From Octopus bimaculoides (lineage: Eukaryota): a DNA stretch of 54,560 bases. The stretch lies in assembly GCF_001194135.2 (NCBI RefSeq), contig NC_068982.1:181381346-181435905 (forward strand), read 5' to 3'. The position numbers were made by a program, and so were the translations under genes. This document shows positions 1 to 12,586 of the stretch, one piece after another. Numbering within the stretch: position 1 is the stretch's first letter; every line of letters begins with the position of its first letter. The notes below the pieces were generated by a model that was not told where the DNA came from, ran no database searches, and was given only the letters and a program-made list of their open reading frames with translations.

Positions 1-339
1 GACCGCATCTCGGGCAGGTCGGTCCGGTGGTTTTCGAACCGTGTCTGTAGATCTTCTCTCGAACTGGTAGTGCGTCTCGATAGCATTGCCAAGCCAGGGA
101 TCTCTGGAAATTATCCATAGGCCCCGGCCCGAACGTCGTCATGAAAAGGCGGGTTAGGAATTTCTCGTTGACACCCAGGTCTGCCCCGAGAGTGTCGTCA
201 GAGCTCCCCTCCACTAGTCCTCTATAGAACGCATTGGTCGTTTGGAAGCTGCACAAGTTTGATCCCGGACGGCAGAGCTGTTGTAGAGCTTGGTTACACT
301 CGCGGTGCCAATCGCCCAGTTTCGGTCTCTTCCTGATCC

Positions 340-340
<1 letters not shown>
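1..340 (-). mobile_element. L1/Tx1-clade LINE ORF2 C-terminal fragment (zf-RVT region), 5'-truncated, runs off the window edge
   Basis: A minus frame from 340 is open for 113 codons: WIRKRPKLGDWHRECNQ...FQRSLAWQCYRDALPVREKIYRHGSKTTGPTCPRCG. The 'AW..Y...LP....L......CPRC' pattern is the zinc-binding region after the RT in L1/Tx1 ORF2. GC content is far above the flank. It is missing from the ORF track because it has no start codon and no in-window stop. Confidence 0.8.
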
Positions 341-399
<59 letters not shown>

Positions 400-418
400 T
401 GATACATAGATAGATAGA
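341..418. repeat. (GATA)n microsatellite abutting the LINE fragment
   Basis: Direct reading of the sequence. Confidence 0.95.
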
Positions 419-670
419 TGCATATGCATGGTGTGCATGTAAGTGTGTATATATGTATGTATTATTCTTATACATGTAAGTTGTCGGCAATAACTTGGAA
501 GTTTCGGAAGACGCATTAGCTGACCGGAGCGGCAATGTCACTGTCAACATTATTCTTGTATAAAAATAATAAATGTGCACTCTACAAAATTATAGAGTAA
601 CAAATCAGATTAATGTAAAATCATTTTCATTACAACTGAAGATAAAAATGAAAAAAAAAAAAATGCATAT

Positions 671-812
671 AGTGGCTGTGTGATAAGTAGCTTGCTTATC
701 AACCACATGGTTCCGGTTTCAGTCCCACTGCATGGCACCTGGGACAGGTGTTTTCTATTATAGCCCCGGGCCGACCAAAGCCTTGTGAGTGAATTTGAAA
801 AAAGACTGTCGT
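671..812 (+). mobile_element. tRNA-derived SINE (family A) 5' head
   Basis: It has a box A-like TGGCTGTGTGATAAG and a box B-like GGTTTCAGTCCC, followed by 'ggccgaccaaagccttgtgagt'. The same sequence recurs inverted at about 14790-14935, 21445-21610 and 25105-25262. Confidence 0.8.
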
Positions 813-1808
813 ATGTATGTATATATATATATAGAGAGAGAATAATAATAAATGGAGCAAAACGCATATAATTAATAAGTTCTTTTAATTCCTACTTATG
901 TTTCAAAACTTATACGCACTTTACACCAAAGAAGTAAGAGAAGCTGGTATATACACATAATTTCATCGTCAGGGAACTATATTAAAAATGCAAGTCTGGC
1001 GCTGAATACTAAGGTTACGTACGAGTAATTGCACTATATAGCTAAGTTGAACGACCGTTAGAAACAAGAGCGTTAGTTTACAGGGTGCTGTTTAGGGAGA
1101 GATGCTATGAAAGAGTTTAAATTAAAAGAAGACATAATGAACCGGAGAAAAATCTTAAAGTTAATAATAATTGTAATAAAAATGTATAGTAATTAGAAGG
1201 AGAAAGGGAGAGAATCCAATGAATTCTTTATATAGGACTAATTATGTAAATAAACGTTTATAATGAAAGAAAATTAAAGAAGGATTGTAAATATAATTAA
1301 CCATTACTGTTGTATCATAATACGTTACGGTAAATAACCTAAATAAATGGCAATACAAGGTACAAAACTATAAAGTGATGAAATAATAAGAATAAACATG
1401 TTTACGATAGCAAAATCGATAGTATATACATAAATATATATAGGTATACTTAAAACTTTTCGGGGGTAAACTTGCTTTACCAACTAGAGAAGGACAGAAT
1501 GTGAACAACTAGCATTAGAGTTAGATATAATTGTTATTTTAGATAATATCATAATGCTATTAGTCTCATTGTTATTATTATTATAAATGTAAAAATAAAT
1601 TTATTATTATTACTATTATTGTTATTGTATAAACTTAAATAAAAATAAATACAAAGCGCGGTGATAGTTCATACCACATGTAAAGTGGCTGTCAAGTGAG
1701 TATGTTGGTTGGTGAAAAAAATAATAACAACTAAAATTAGTAAAAAAAGATGATCATTCCAGTATTGATCATTTCAAAGAGAAATTGTTATTCAATAAAT
1801 AATTCTCT

Positions 1809-1987
1809 TTGGAAAGGTCAATTCTGGCTACTTCAATACTATACGACAAGGGTAAAGGCTTTTGTCCTCTCTGTAAATTGGAGCTATTCCACATCTGTTC
1901 TCCAAGAATAATTTAGTGAACCAGATAACACAGAGAGCATACAGATGCCAGCATTAGAAGAAACTCACCTTCAGCTCGTTTCATTAA
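1809..1987 (+). mobile_element. Penelope-like element, C-terminal end of the GIY-YIG endonuclease (decayed)
   Basis: Translates as LERSILATSILYDKGKGFCPLCKLELFHIC then, after a frameshift, KNNLVNQITQRAYRCQH*KKLTFSSFH*. This fits the PLE C-terminal pattern W.IL....Y......C.LC..E..HI.....LLN.R.E....CRH. Confidence 0.65.
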
Positions 1988-1989
1988 TT

Positions 1990-2555
1990 TCATCTTTTTG
2001 ACTCGTTGATTTTTGGTGTTGTCACTTAAAGCATGCGGAACGTATCCTCCATACTTCGGAACCCTTCCCATCGTGTGAAGGTGTTTCCCTCTAGCAGTGT
2101 AAGAGCATTCCATATTCTCTGCCAGTTCCCTTGTCGTTTAACGAGAATTTTTGTGCAAAAATTGGTTTAATCGCTCCTCATCGAACTCAACAGGACGGCC
2201 AGAACGAGGTGCGTCTCTGTGAGTTCAAAATTTCCATTATTGAACTTGGCATACCAATCACGAACGGTTCTTTTAGCTATGATACCCTCTGAATACACAG
2301 TACAAATGTCGCGAGCAGCTTTTGCAGCCTTAGAACCTTGATCGAAAGCAAAAAGTAGGAGGTTTCGAAAACGATCGTTTTTCTTAACTGGACATTCCAC
2401 TTTAATGATCAGAAAATAAACTAAAATTAACTAGAAAAAAATAGATTCCAAAATGATTTTAAAATAGAATTCTCTGGCAAAATAGATTCCAAAATTTAAA
2501 AAGGCAATAAATTCCAAAGTTTAAAAAAACCGCGGGAACGTAGTTGGCAACACAA
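1990..2555 (-). mobile_element. mariner (Tc1/mariner DD34D) transposon 5' remnant: TIR plus frameshifted N-terminal HTH region
   Basis: ORF 2167-2400 gives RFRNLLLFAFDQGSKAAKAARDICTVYSEGIIAKRTVRDWYAKFNNGNFEL. It continues by frameshift as DAPRSGRPVEFDEERL...TTRELAENMECS...HLHTMGRVPKYGGYVPHALS (WVPHEL motif). The catalytic domain is absent. Confidence 0.9.
2526..2555 (-). repeat. mariner terminal inverted repeat (5' end) flanked by TA
   Basis: Minus strand reads TA|TTGTGTTGCCAACTACGTTCCCGCGGTTTT, which resembles mariner TIRs such as TTAGGTTGGTGCAAAAGTAATTGCGGTTTT. It lies about 130 bp upstream of the transposase start. Confidence 0.7.
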
Positions 2556-2572
2556 TATATATATATATACAA

Positions 2573-2871
2573 CTACAGCCTCGAGCTGACCAAAGGCTTC
2601 TGGGTGGATATAGTAGAAGGGAATTGAAAGAAAACTCTCGTATACATATGTGTGTACCTGTGTCCGTGTTTGTGTGTGTGCGCGTGTGTGTGTACCTGTG
2701 CGTGAGGGTGTCTTTGTGTCATGTTTGTTCCGTACCATCCCATGAGAGCGGTTCGGTGACGTGACCGATGGAATAAGAAATAAGTTCCGGGGGCGATATA
2801 TTGGACTAAAAAACTTTCAACACGATACTTCATTATGGCCGCAGTCTCGTGACTGAAGCAAGTAAATACTA
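2573..2871 (+). mobile_element. SINE family A, headless diverged copy
   Basis: 'agcctcgagctgaccaaaggc...', a central (TG)n, then 'agcggttcgg...accgatggaataag...atggccgcagtc...gactgaagcaag'. This is the reverse complement of the copy at 14487-14940. Confidence 0.65.
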
Positions 2872-3714
2872 NNNNNNNNNNNNNNNNNNNNNNNNNNNNN
2901 NNNNNNNNNNNNNNNNNNNNNNNNNNNNNNNNNNNNNNNNNNNNNNNNNNNNNNNNNNNNNNNNNNNNNNNNNNNNNNNNNNNNNNNNNNNNNNNNNNNN
3001 NNNNNNNNNNNNNNNNNNNNNNNNNNNNNNNNNNNNNNNNNNNNNNNNNNNNNNNNNNNNNNNNNNNNNNNNNNNNNNNNNNNNNNNNNNNNNNNNNNNN
3101 NNNNNNNNNNNNNNNNNNNNNNNNNNNNNNNNNNNNNNNNNNNNNNNNNNNNNNNNNNNNNNNNNNNNNNNNNNNNNNNNNNNNNNNNNNNNNNNNNNNN
3201 NNNNNNNNNNNNNNNNNNNNNNNNNNNNNNNNNNNNNNNNNNNNNNNNNNNNNNNNNNNNNNNNNNNNNNNNNNNNNNNNNNNNNNNNNNNNNNNNNNNN
3301 NNNNNNNNNNNNNNNNNNNNNNNNNNNNNNNNNNNNNNNNNNNNNNNNNNNNNNNNNNNNNNNNNNNNNNNNNNNNNNNNNNNNNNNNNNNNNNNNNNNN
3401 NNNNNNNNNNNNNNNNNNNNNNNNNNNNNNNNNNNNNNNNNNNNNNNNNNNNNNNNNNNNNNNNNNNNNNNNNNNNNNNNNNNNNNNNNNNNNNNNNNNN
3501 NNNNNNNNNNNNNNNNNNNNNNNNNNNNNNNNNNNNNNNNNNNNNNNNNNNNNNNNNNNNNNNNNNNNNNNNNNNNNNNNNNNNNNNNNNNNNNNNNNNN
3601 NNNNNNNNNNNNNNNNNNNNNNNNNNNNNNNNNNNNNNNNNNNNNNNNNNNNNNNNNNNNNNNNNNNNNNNNNNNNNNNNNNNNNNNNNNNNNNNNNNNN
3701 NNNNNNNNNNNNNN

Positions 3715-4335
3715 CACAAGGACGATTAAAACAACACATACATACTCAGAAAAATAGATATACGCACACTCTCACGTACACACACCTAACATCCCCACCG
3801 ACACAAACACACATACACACGCACTCACGCACACACACGAACAAACACATATACACATACACACACATGCGCACACACAACACTCTAACAAATATTAATC
3901 ACACACATACACACTCACACAAACGTGCACACACATACGCACGCCATCCTACCATAGATAAAACACACACATACTCATATACACATGCCACACACGCACG
4001 CACGCATACAGACATATACAGACACATACATATGAACCATCACACATATACGTTTGCTTACACACACACACATGCATACACACACACACACACACACACC
4101 ACAACAATATTTAAAACAACACACCCACTCAGACAGAGAGACACACACACACTCCCACACTCACACAAAACCCTCCCACGCACACACACAGATGCACACA
4201 TACATACACACACATACGCACACATACGTACACACCCTCACACATACGGTTGCTCTCACACACACACACCACAAGGACGATCAAAACAACACATACATAC
4301 TCAGACAAAGAGATATGCGCACACTCTCACGTACG
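3715..4335. repeat. degenerate (CA)n-derived satellite with a higher-order period of about 555 bp
   Basis: 'cacaaggacgat(t/c)aaaacaacacatacatactcaga...gcacactctcacgtac' occurs at 3715 and again at 4270. The contig is bounded by gaps on both sides. Confidence 0.7.
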
Positions 4336-4999
4336 NNNNNNNNNNNNNNNNNNNNNNNNNNNNNNNNNNNNNNNNNNNNNNNNNNNNNNNNNNNNNNNNN
4401 NNNNNNNNNNNNNNNNNNNNNNNNNNNNNNNNNNNNNNNNNNNNNNNNNNNNNNNNNNNNNNNNNNNNNNNNNNNNNNNNNNNNNNNNNNNNNNNNNNNN
4501 NNNNNNNNNNNNNNNNNNNNNNNNNNNNNNNNNNNNNNNNNNNNNNNNNNNNNNNNNNNNNNNNNNNNNNNNNNNNNNNNNNNNNNNNNNNNNNNNNNNN
4601 NNNNNNNNNNNNNNNNNNNNNNNNNNNNNNNNNNNNNNNNNNNNNNNNNNNNNNNNNNNNNNNNNNNNNNNNNNNNNNNNNNNNNNNNNNNNNNNNNNNN
4701 NNNNNNNNNNNNNNNNNNNNNNNNNNNNNNNNNNNNNNNNNNNNNNNNNNNNNNNNNNNNNNNNNNNNNNNNNNNNNNNNNNNNNNNNNNNNNNNNNNNN
4801 NNNNNNNNNNNNNNNNNNNNNNNNNNNNNNNNNNNNNNNNNNNNNNNNNNNNNNNNNNNNNNNNNNNNNNNNNNNNNNNNNNNNNNNNNNNNNNNNNNNN
4901 NNNNNNNNNNNNNNNNNNNNNNNNNNNNNNNNNNNNNNATATATATATACATACATACATAAATGCATACATACATACATACATACATGCATGCATACA

Positions 5000-5034
<35 letters not shown>

Positions 5035-5998
5035 TACTGAGTTGCACTTGTTCTGCAGATGATTTGTACTGAGTCTATGTGATAAGAGTTAAGCCGATAA
5101 GCTGTGAAAGAGCCATTTCATGGCAAACGGTGTCATTACATTCAGTTTAAATTAAAATTTTTTGTATGAAGTGTCAACATTTTCGTAATTTGACACCTCC
5201 TGAACTAAGTAACTTGAATAGCCATTGAATTTAACAGTTACGAGTGTTATCAAATTGCATTACTAAGATGTAGCTGGCGTGTACACACGCATATACATTA
5301 AAAATATTTAATGCATATATATATGTATATATATATATATATGNNNNNNNNNNATATATACACATACACACACAAATCAAAACTGAATTTGGATGTTGCA
5401 CATATATATTTTTCTCTCTGTATCACATCCTGTCGATAATCGTGGAGAATACACATGACAACTTTTTTGCATGAAATATATTCTCTTTAAAACATTACTA
5501 TGAAAACTGCTCTGAAGTCTAATCATTAAATATGCATACATTAGTTTGAAAAGTATGTTTAAACATATACTACGTTAGGAAGCTAATTTCAATATTCTCT
5601 ATCTATATTCACATGCTGCAGTAAACATTTTAAATATTAGAAAAGCCGTTTCATGTTTTTGGTGTTTATGAAAATATTTAAAATATATCTCTACTTTTTA
5701 GAATTTTTTTTACGTAATAAAGTATAAAATATTTTATAATTTACAATATTTGTAGATAAAATAGAGAATGATGTACTGTCTATCATTATTTTCTTCTGCT
5801 TATATGACAGAATCACAGGATCGAACAGACCATAAAAAGGTTCTTATACACCGCTGGTCACAATGTGTATACAAAACTGTCTTCATTGCGCTAGTCTTTT
5901 CCATCTTGACCTAAATTGCTTAACTAAATCGTTTTCCTCATCGTTGTGGATACATTCTAAGTGGCATTTTCCGATTTCTTGGATACAATTCGGCAAAT

Positions 5999-6047
5999 TC
6001 ACCGGTCCATGTGCTGTCTGTCCACAGGAATTGTTGCTTTCAGTAAT
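5999..6047 (-). CDS. candidate terminal coding exon of an unidentified minus-strand gene
   Basis: Strong acceptor ttatttttcatcctcttctgatcgcag|. In phase 2 it reads (R)LLKATIPVDRQHMDR*; the alternative phase-0 frame runs 54 aa to a stop at 5883. No homology recognised. Confidence 0.22.
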
Positions 6048-7141
6048 CTGCGATCAGAAGAGGATGAAAAATAAACTAACAACAGTTGCTAGTTATCTCG
6101 AAAATATACGTGAAATATTTTCTAGTCATCAACACTTAACTTCAATAATTGCCGAACGGGAACATCTGTTCCTTATTGCAGCAAAAAAAAAAAAATATCA
6201 CAGCGGTTGCAAGGAGTTTCTTTTGTAACAGAGTATTACGAATATAGCAGACAAATTAAATTTCCTTAATTAACAACTAGCATAGGAACTAAGAGAAATA
6301 ATTTAAAATATCATGATTTTATATACGCATGCGCTCTACGTTCCTATGACATCATTCAGAGCCCAGCCATGTTATTCCACATATATATCTAAGGAGTTTT
6401 TATTTTCAGAGAATTTCCACAGCACAATTCCCTATACGTTCGAATGTTCACGAATGTGCCTAGCATAATTATAAATATTTCAAACGACGTTCTTTCATGC
6501 GCCTTTTCAATATGTGCATAATTAACAAATGTAGCATTTATTTAAATATCAGAACGCTTGTTCTTATAAAACGACAAATTTTGTGTCCGTAGTTGATGGG
6601 GCGTGACAACATCATTCTTAGCGTAGTGATGTGTATTCACAAACAGTATCTATAATGAGAAAGATAGCGAGCTGGCTGAATCGTTACTGCACTGGACAAA
6701 ATACTTAACGTCATTTAGTCTGAATTTACATTCTGAGCTCAACATGGACATTTATGTTGTGGGGTCGACAAAATAAGTACCAGGTGAGCAATGGGGTCGA
6801 TGCAGCCGTCTTAATATAATAATGTTCATGTGTGCCTGTGTTACAGATTTATATAATCGAAGGAACATAGAATTTAAAGCCAAACGCAAAAAAAATTTCA
6901 CGCTGGTAGCTGAACAGAAAACATTGCAAAAATTATTAACCACTTTGAAATAGATCAATAATAATGTTAAATAATTTACGAATAATCTTCGCTAAATTAA
7001 ATTCTTAACAGTAAGGAAACATCGATTATTAGTAGAAAACTTGAAGGGTATGACTGTTTTGTGTAGTTTTCTGTATCGTTGGTCCTATGCAGTAGAGTAT
7101 TCACAGGCCTGAATTGATCATTAATAACTGGTGTTGATATG

Positions 7142-7172
<31 letters not shown>

Positions 7173-7509
7173 NNNNNNNNNNNNNNNNNNNNNNNNNNNN
7201 NNNNNNNNNNNNNNNNNNNNNNNNNNNNNNNNNNNNNNNNNNNNNNNNNNNNNNNNNNNNNNNNNNNNNNNNNNNNNNNNNNNNNNNNNNNNNNNNNNNN
7301 NNNNNNNNNNNNNNNNNNNNNNNNNNNNNNNNNNNNNNNNNNNNNNNNNNNNNNNNNNNNNNNNNNNNNNNNNNNNNNNNNNNNCGTCAAATTATTTTTT
7401 CCCGGGGTACCCGCGGATAGCGGTAAAAATCGATTTTCAACCTTACCTTTTACCAATTTTGAAGTTGGCTAACATGAGTTAAGTCTCTTCTTGATATAGC
7501 GAAGTGAAA

Positions 7510-7560
7510 AATGTGTATGTGTGAGGGTGTGTGTGTGTGCGTGTGTGTGTGTGCGTGTGT

Positions 7561-7595
<35 letters not shown>
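7510..7595. repeat. (TG)n microsatellite
   Basis: Direct reading of the sequence. Confidence 0.9.
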
Positions 7596-7596
<1 letters not shown>

Positions 7597-8270
7597 CGGA
7601 GAGAGACAAGTTGTGTTGATGTATGTGTGTGTATGTGAGGGAGAGAGAAATTGTGTGTTAATGTACATGTGGGAGGGAGAGAGAGTAAGTGAAAGCGTTC
7701 ACCAAAAATAAAAATGTAAAATGTTTTTTTTTCTCTTAAACATGAGATATATTCAAATTCAGGATGTTTTTGAAATACACTATATTTTATGAAGTAGTTG
7801 TATGCTGTCAACTTAATGTACAGTCCCTTTGAAGGAATAATACTAGTGTTGGTTAGACCCAGGAAGCTGCACCGCTTCCTGTCGGCCTTGACACATTTCC
7901 TATTTCCTTATGTTTACAAGGGGAAGACAAGCACCTCCACCCAGGTAAGCTTGCATCCAGAGACATGTTTCTGAATCATTGCTCGGCATCAATCTGGAGT
8001 AGCATGGCCTGGTAGACGAAGATGTCTGTCAAGCTCTTGTAAACATATAATAATTCTAGCAAAATACGTTCACAGATTTCAAATTTAGAAGGGAATAGTA
8101 CTGTCACATTAAGTTGACAGTATACAACTACTTCATCGTATCACTACTGCATAAATCTCTCTGAGAGGTTTATAAACGTATTATATCTAAACCATATTTT
8201 ATAATCAGACAATTAAAATATATTTACTTCAAATCATTTATTTATTTTAAATCGTTAATCCTTCTTCCCC

Positions 8271-8310
<40 letters not shown>

Positions 8311-8867
8311 TACTTTGGGCGCGAAAGAGTTTTGTTTTTATTTTACGCCGAAGATGAAAGTGTTTTGTTGAGAAATCATTTATTTAACAACAAAGAAACA
8401 AAGAGGTAGGTAACAATTTGTCAATGAGTTGCAAGAAATTTCTATACTTCATATTTAGTTGTAGAGATGTACGGAATAATGCATGTGTCTCATTATAGCA
8501 AATTTGAATTTATCTTCAAATTTGAATTTATCAATTCAAAATAGATTGTAAATATATACATAGCTAGATAGATATACAAAAGAACTCTTACCACTCCCGG
8601 TATCTCTCTCTCTCTCTCTTATCTCTCTCTCTGTGTCTCTCTCTCTCTCTCTGTACATATGTATACATATATTTATAATACATAAAGGATGAACTTCACT
8701 CTTGCTTGCTTTTTTGCAATGTTTCCCGTAAATCGGACAAGTGGTTCTTGAGATAGCGGTGGTTTTAGGGTACAGATACCCAAAAGGGTGCATATTGCGG
8801 AAATACTCCGAAAATAACTTAATCCTGAAAGGGAAGAAACTCTAACCTTTCGTTTAGACACCCTGAC

Positions 8868-8912
<45 letters not shown>

Positions 8913-9429
8913 CATGTATAAATATATAGCAGACAATTTGGAAAACTGACGGTACAGAAATATCACAATCGTTCAGTGACCTGCAATTAGTTAAATACAG
9001 AGTAAATAAATGTACTAAATAACTTGTGCAAAAAATTTTATCGGCTTTGTAATTATGCTCTTAACAGGAAATTACGGTTAAGCATTAAAAAATAAAACCA
9101 ATAACTATTAGACACCCTCATAATTGGGCACATTATTTAAGCAAATTAAGAAATATTTCGACGAAAATATTTTAGATATTTCGCATTCAGTACACCATAG
9201 ATTTATAAATATACTAGTAATTAGCAAAATTACAATGTTGAACAGAGAAAGCACCTCTCTAGACTGGATCCCATACGGGTGTTGACAGGGGAAGTTGGTG
9301 CTATTGCTTTCAACACGTGTCATGCGTAAGGATCGAGCCCCGCTGAAGATTTAAAACGATTGCAGTAAAAGTTTTCATGACATCCGTCACCATTTTGTTA
9401 ATCATCGTGAGCCCTATTTCGCACTTGAG

Positions 9430-10223
9430 AACGACCAGCTTCTATTTCCATAGTGTTAATTCTCTCCTGCATTACTTTGTATTGTCCATTTCTCTGCATT
9501 TTACATTCCTCATTTAGACTAAATGCTGCGTTTGCATTTTCCAGATGCTGGTCCGGAATACCTAAGATAATCTTGCTTGAACATCTTCATGACATTCAGT
9601 TTTTCCATGCCGCCTTCTATTTTGTTCTCGCCTGTTTTATTTTTCTTGGTGTCTATGTTTAACTTTCATTTTCTGCATCAGCGAATATTAATTTCTTAAA
9701 GGTAACTCCAGATCTATTTTCTGATAGCCTCTTTCAAGTGCTTCATATGGAATGCTATAAGACCTTGGTTCTTTATCGAAATGCGCAACACCCTTTAGTC
9801 TCTTATCTGATCGATGGCGGTATCTGCCAAGAGAAAGCGATATTGTTGCCTTCATTTAATGGCGCTACGACTGACATATATGGCTCGCTCATCCACCAAA
9901 ATATCGTCGACTTCATTTCTTCAAGAGACTGTTATCGATTTGAAATGTATGAGGTTTTTGTCATAGCTAATCATTATCATCTTTCATTTACCACCTAATC
10001 CCAATTTTCAAAGAGTTTCCCATTCTACCTCACTTTTCCCACTTCTGCATTGAAGTTTGAAATAACGAAGTTATATGCAGATTTAGGAGCTGACGCTCTT
10101 TCTATATTTTGAGAGAATTCTTCCGATTCATTGTCTTCGCTGTTAAATGTGGGAGCATAGATCTGCATAATTTTAAGCGTGACATTTTCTGAGATAGAGA
10201 TGTGAGGAGACTGAACGATAGAT

Positions 10224-10306
<83 letters not shown>

Positions 10307-10640
10307 CAGACAGAGAGACAGATAGACAGACAGACAAACAGACAGAGAAAGAAATAAAGAAGAAAGAAAGAAAGAAAGAGAAAGAAGGATGAAGGTTTAG
10401 TAAACTTAGCATTACGAAGACACAACATGATACGATTTCAACCCGATATTTGCTTAAGATGAAATAAGTAGTTCCGCTGATTGCTTTCGAACCCTCTGCA
10501 TTTCCTATTCTCACAAAAATCCGTCCATTTACATCACTTCAATATCTTCCCATATGCATTTTCCTTTAGTAGATGGGTCATAACGTGTTGTTTTTCTTCG
10601 CAATAGCATGTAGTTGATGGTGCATATGGCAAGATTTCCT
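9430..10640 (-). mobile_element. decayed RTE-clade LINE, AP-endonuclease region, interrupted by a compound microsatellite
   Basis: Minus fragments in the expected order: LAICTINYMLL (LxICTYNxRTL), IGNAEGSKAISGTTYFIL (GxGGVGF), TLKIMQIYAPTFNSEDNESEEFSQNIE...YNFVISNFNAEVGK (IQVYAPT...GDFNAKVG), and SDKRL (SDHRL). Many stops and frameshifts. Confidence 0.75.
10217..10388. repeat. compound (GATA)n(GA)n(GACA)n(GAAA)n microsatellite
   Basis: Direct reading; it lies inside the RTE remnant. Confidence 0.95.
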
Positions 10641-11821
10641 ATTAGACTTCCTTGTGAGATGCACATAACTAAGATCTTTAAAAGATTTTGATATTCGCAT
10701 TTCGCTCTGTAGATCAGCTCGATTAATCGGTACATGAAACGTCTCAACATTTTGCCTCGTTTTCTCGTCTATATGACGAATCTACAATATATAAAATATC
10801 GTAATACAATTCCTCCCTCCGTTATATATTGCAGGAGAGATGTGTGTATTTATATAAATGTATACACACACATACACACAGACAAACTTGACTATATATA
10901 TANNNNNNNNNNNNNNNNNNNNNNNNNNNNNNNNNNNNNNNNNNNNNNNNNNNNNNNNNNNNNNNNNNNNNNNNNNNNNNNNNNNNNNNNNNNNNNNNNN
11001 NNNNNNNNNNNNNNNNNNNNNNNNNNNNNNNNNNNNNNNNNNNNNNNNNNNNNNNNNNNNNNNNNNNNNNNNNNNNNNNNNNNNNNNNNNNNNNNNNNNN
11101 NNNNNNNNNNNNNNNNNNNNNNNNNNNNNNNNNNNNNNNNNNNNNNNNNNNNNNNNNNNNNNNNNNNNNNNNNNNNNNNNNNNNNNNNNNNNNNNNNNNN
11201 NNNNNNNNNNNNNNNNNNNNNNNNNNNNNNNNNNNNNNNNNNNNNNNNNNNNNNNNNNNNNNNNNNNNNNNNNNNNNNNNNNNNNNNNNNNNNNNNNNNN
11301 NNNNNNNNNNNNNNNNNNNNNNNNNNNNNNNNNNNNNNNNNNNNNNNNNNNNNNNNNNNNNNNNNNNNNNNNNNNNNNNNNNNNNNNNNNNNNNNNNNNN
11401 NNNNNNNNNNNNNNNNNNNNNNNNNNNNNNNNNNNNNNNNNNNNNNNNNNNNNNNNNNNNNNNNNNNNNNNNNNNNNNNNNNNNNNNNNNNNNNNNNNNN
11501 NNNNNNNNNNNNNNNNNNNNNNNNNNNNNNNNNNNNNNNNNNNNNNNNNNNNNNNNNNNNNNNNNNNNNNNNNNNNNNNNNNNNNNNNNNNNNNNNNNNN
11601 NNNNNNNNNNNNNNNNNNNNNNNNNNNNNNNNNNNNNNNNNNNNNNNNNNNNNNNNNNNNNNNNNNNNNNNNNNNNNNNNNNNNNNNNNNNNNNNNNNNN
11701 NNNNNNNNNNNNNNNNNNNNNNNNNNNNNNNNNNNNNNNNNNNNNNNNNNNNNNNNNNNNNNNNNNNNNNNNNNNNNNNNNNNNNNNNNNNNNNNNNNNN
11801 NNNNNNNNNNNNNNNNNNNNN

Positions 11822-11859
<38 letters not shown>

Positions 11860-12486
11860 TCATGCGCGCACACATAAATACATATATACATATATGCATA
11901 TATAATTATATATATACATATACATGCATGTGTGTGTGTGTGTCTGTGCATGCCTCATTATTTGTGCGTCTGTGGGCACATACATATTCTATATCATTCA
12001 ACATATTCTATATCATTCAATATATATATTATCACATTCATGTATAATAGGTTGTGTTTGCAAACGCAATTTATAATTGTATTTAGAGATATAACGATGA
12101 TATACTGGATGAATTGGAAAATTATTTTTATTGAAAAATCTCATTATGTGGTCTGAATATAAATATATCTTATTCATTTTTTTCATAATAATATATTGGC
12201 AGTCATATTATTATTCGAAGCGGGTATTTGAATTACATGCAGTATTCTTCACAATTGTTTAATAATCCGACCTCCCTAATCTTTAATTGGTGCCAAAATA
12301 CCTGACGGACATAAATCTAATTGGCGATCAATCCATTTCTATGAATATTTTGTTATTGAAATCCACAGCTTGAAGACCTCAATGAATATATTTTCACATA
12401 AACATGCGTATAACGACTTGAAGCGTGCACCTTATTCGCATTCTTGTACATATGCATAGATGGAGATGTGAATATACTTGCCTTAC

Positions 12487-12586
12487 CTTATATAAGATAA
12501 CACTTGATGCTGGACATATTCTAATTTGGTGTTTACGGACAAGGGAAATAATTGTAGCATATGTTCTACATGCAATTGATATGTAT
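12487..12586 (-). CDS. candidate internal exon (100 nt), minus-strand gene
   Basis: Acceptor gttttag| and consensus donor AAG|gtaagg. Open frame (D)TYQLHVEHMLQLFPLSVNTKLEYVQHQVLSYI(R), phase-compatible with the neighbouring candidates. Confidence 0.27.

Noticed and set aside
214-516. 100-aa minus ORF MRLPKLPS...
   Set aside because: It runs through (GATA)n and reads the LINE fragment in the wrong frame; the meaningful frame is the zf-RVT one.
671-812. tRNA gene
   Set aside because: It has A and B boxes but no complete cloverleaf, and it continues into a SINE body seen several times in the window.
1913-2113. 66-aa ORF as an independent gene
   Set aside because: The first 38 or so residues are the frameshifted mariner continuation; the rest is the antisense of the Penelope C-terminal remnant.
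2573-5072. Long ORFs of 230-400 aa in the track, here and at 10734-12047, 37147-38198, 41244-41903 and 50566-51118
   Set aside because: They are open only because they cross N-gaps (poly-X) and CA/AT microsatellites; they are not evidence of genes.
7740-8050. Possible DNA-transposon end (7740-7785) and a GC-richer segment with a CCAG|gtaagc donor (7945)
   Set aside because: No partner TIR and no recognisable protein; likely repeat fragments that I cannot classify from sequence alone.
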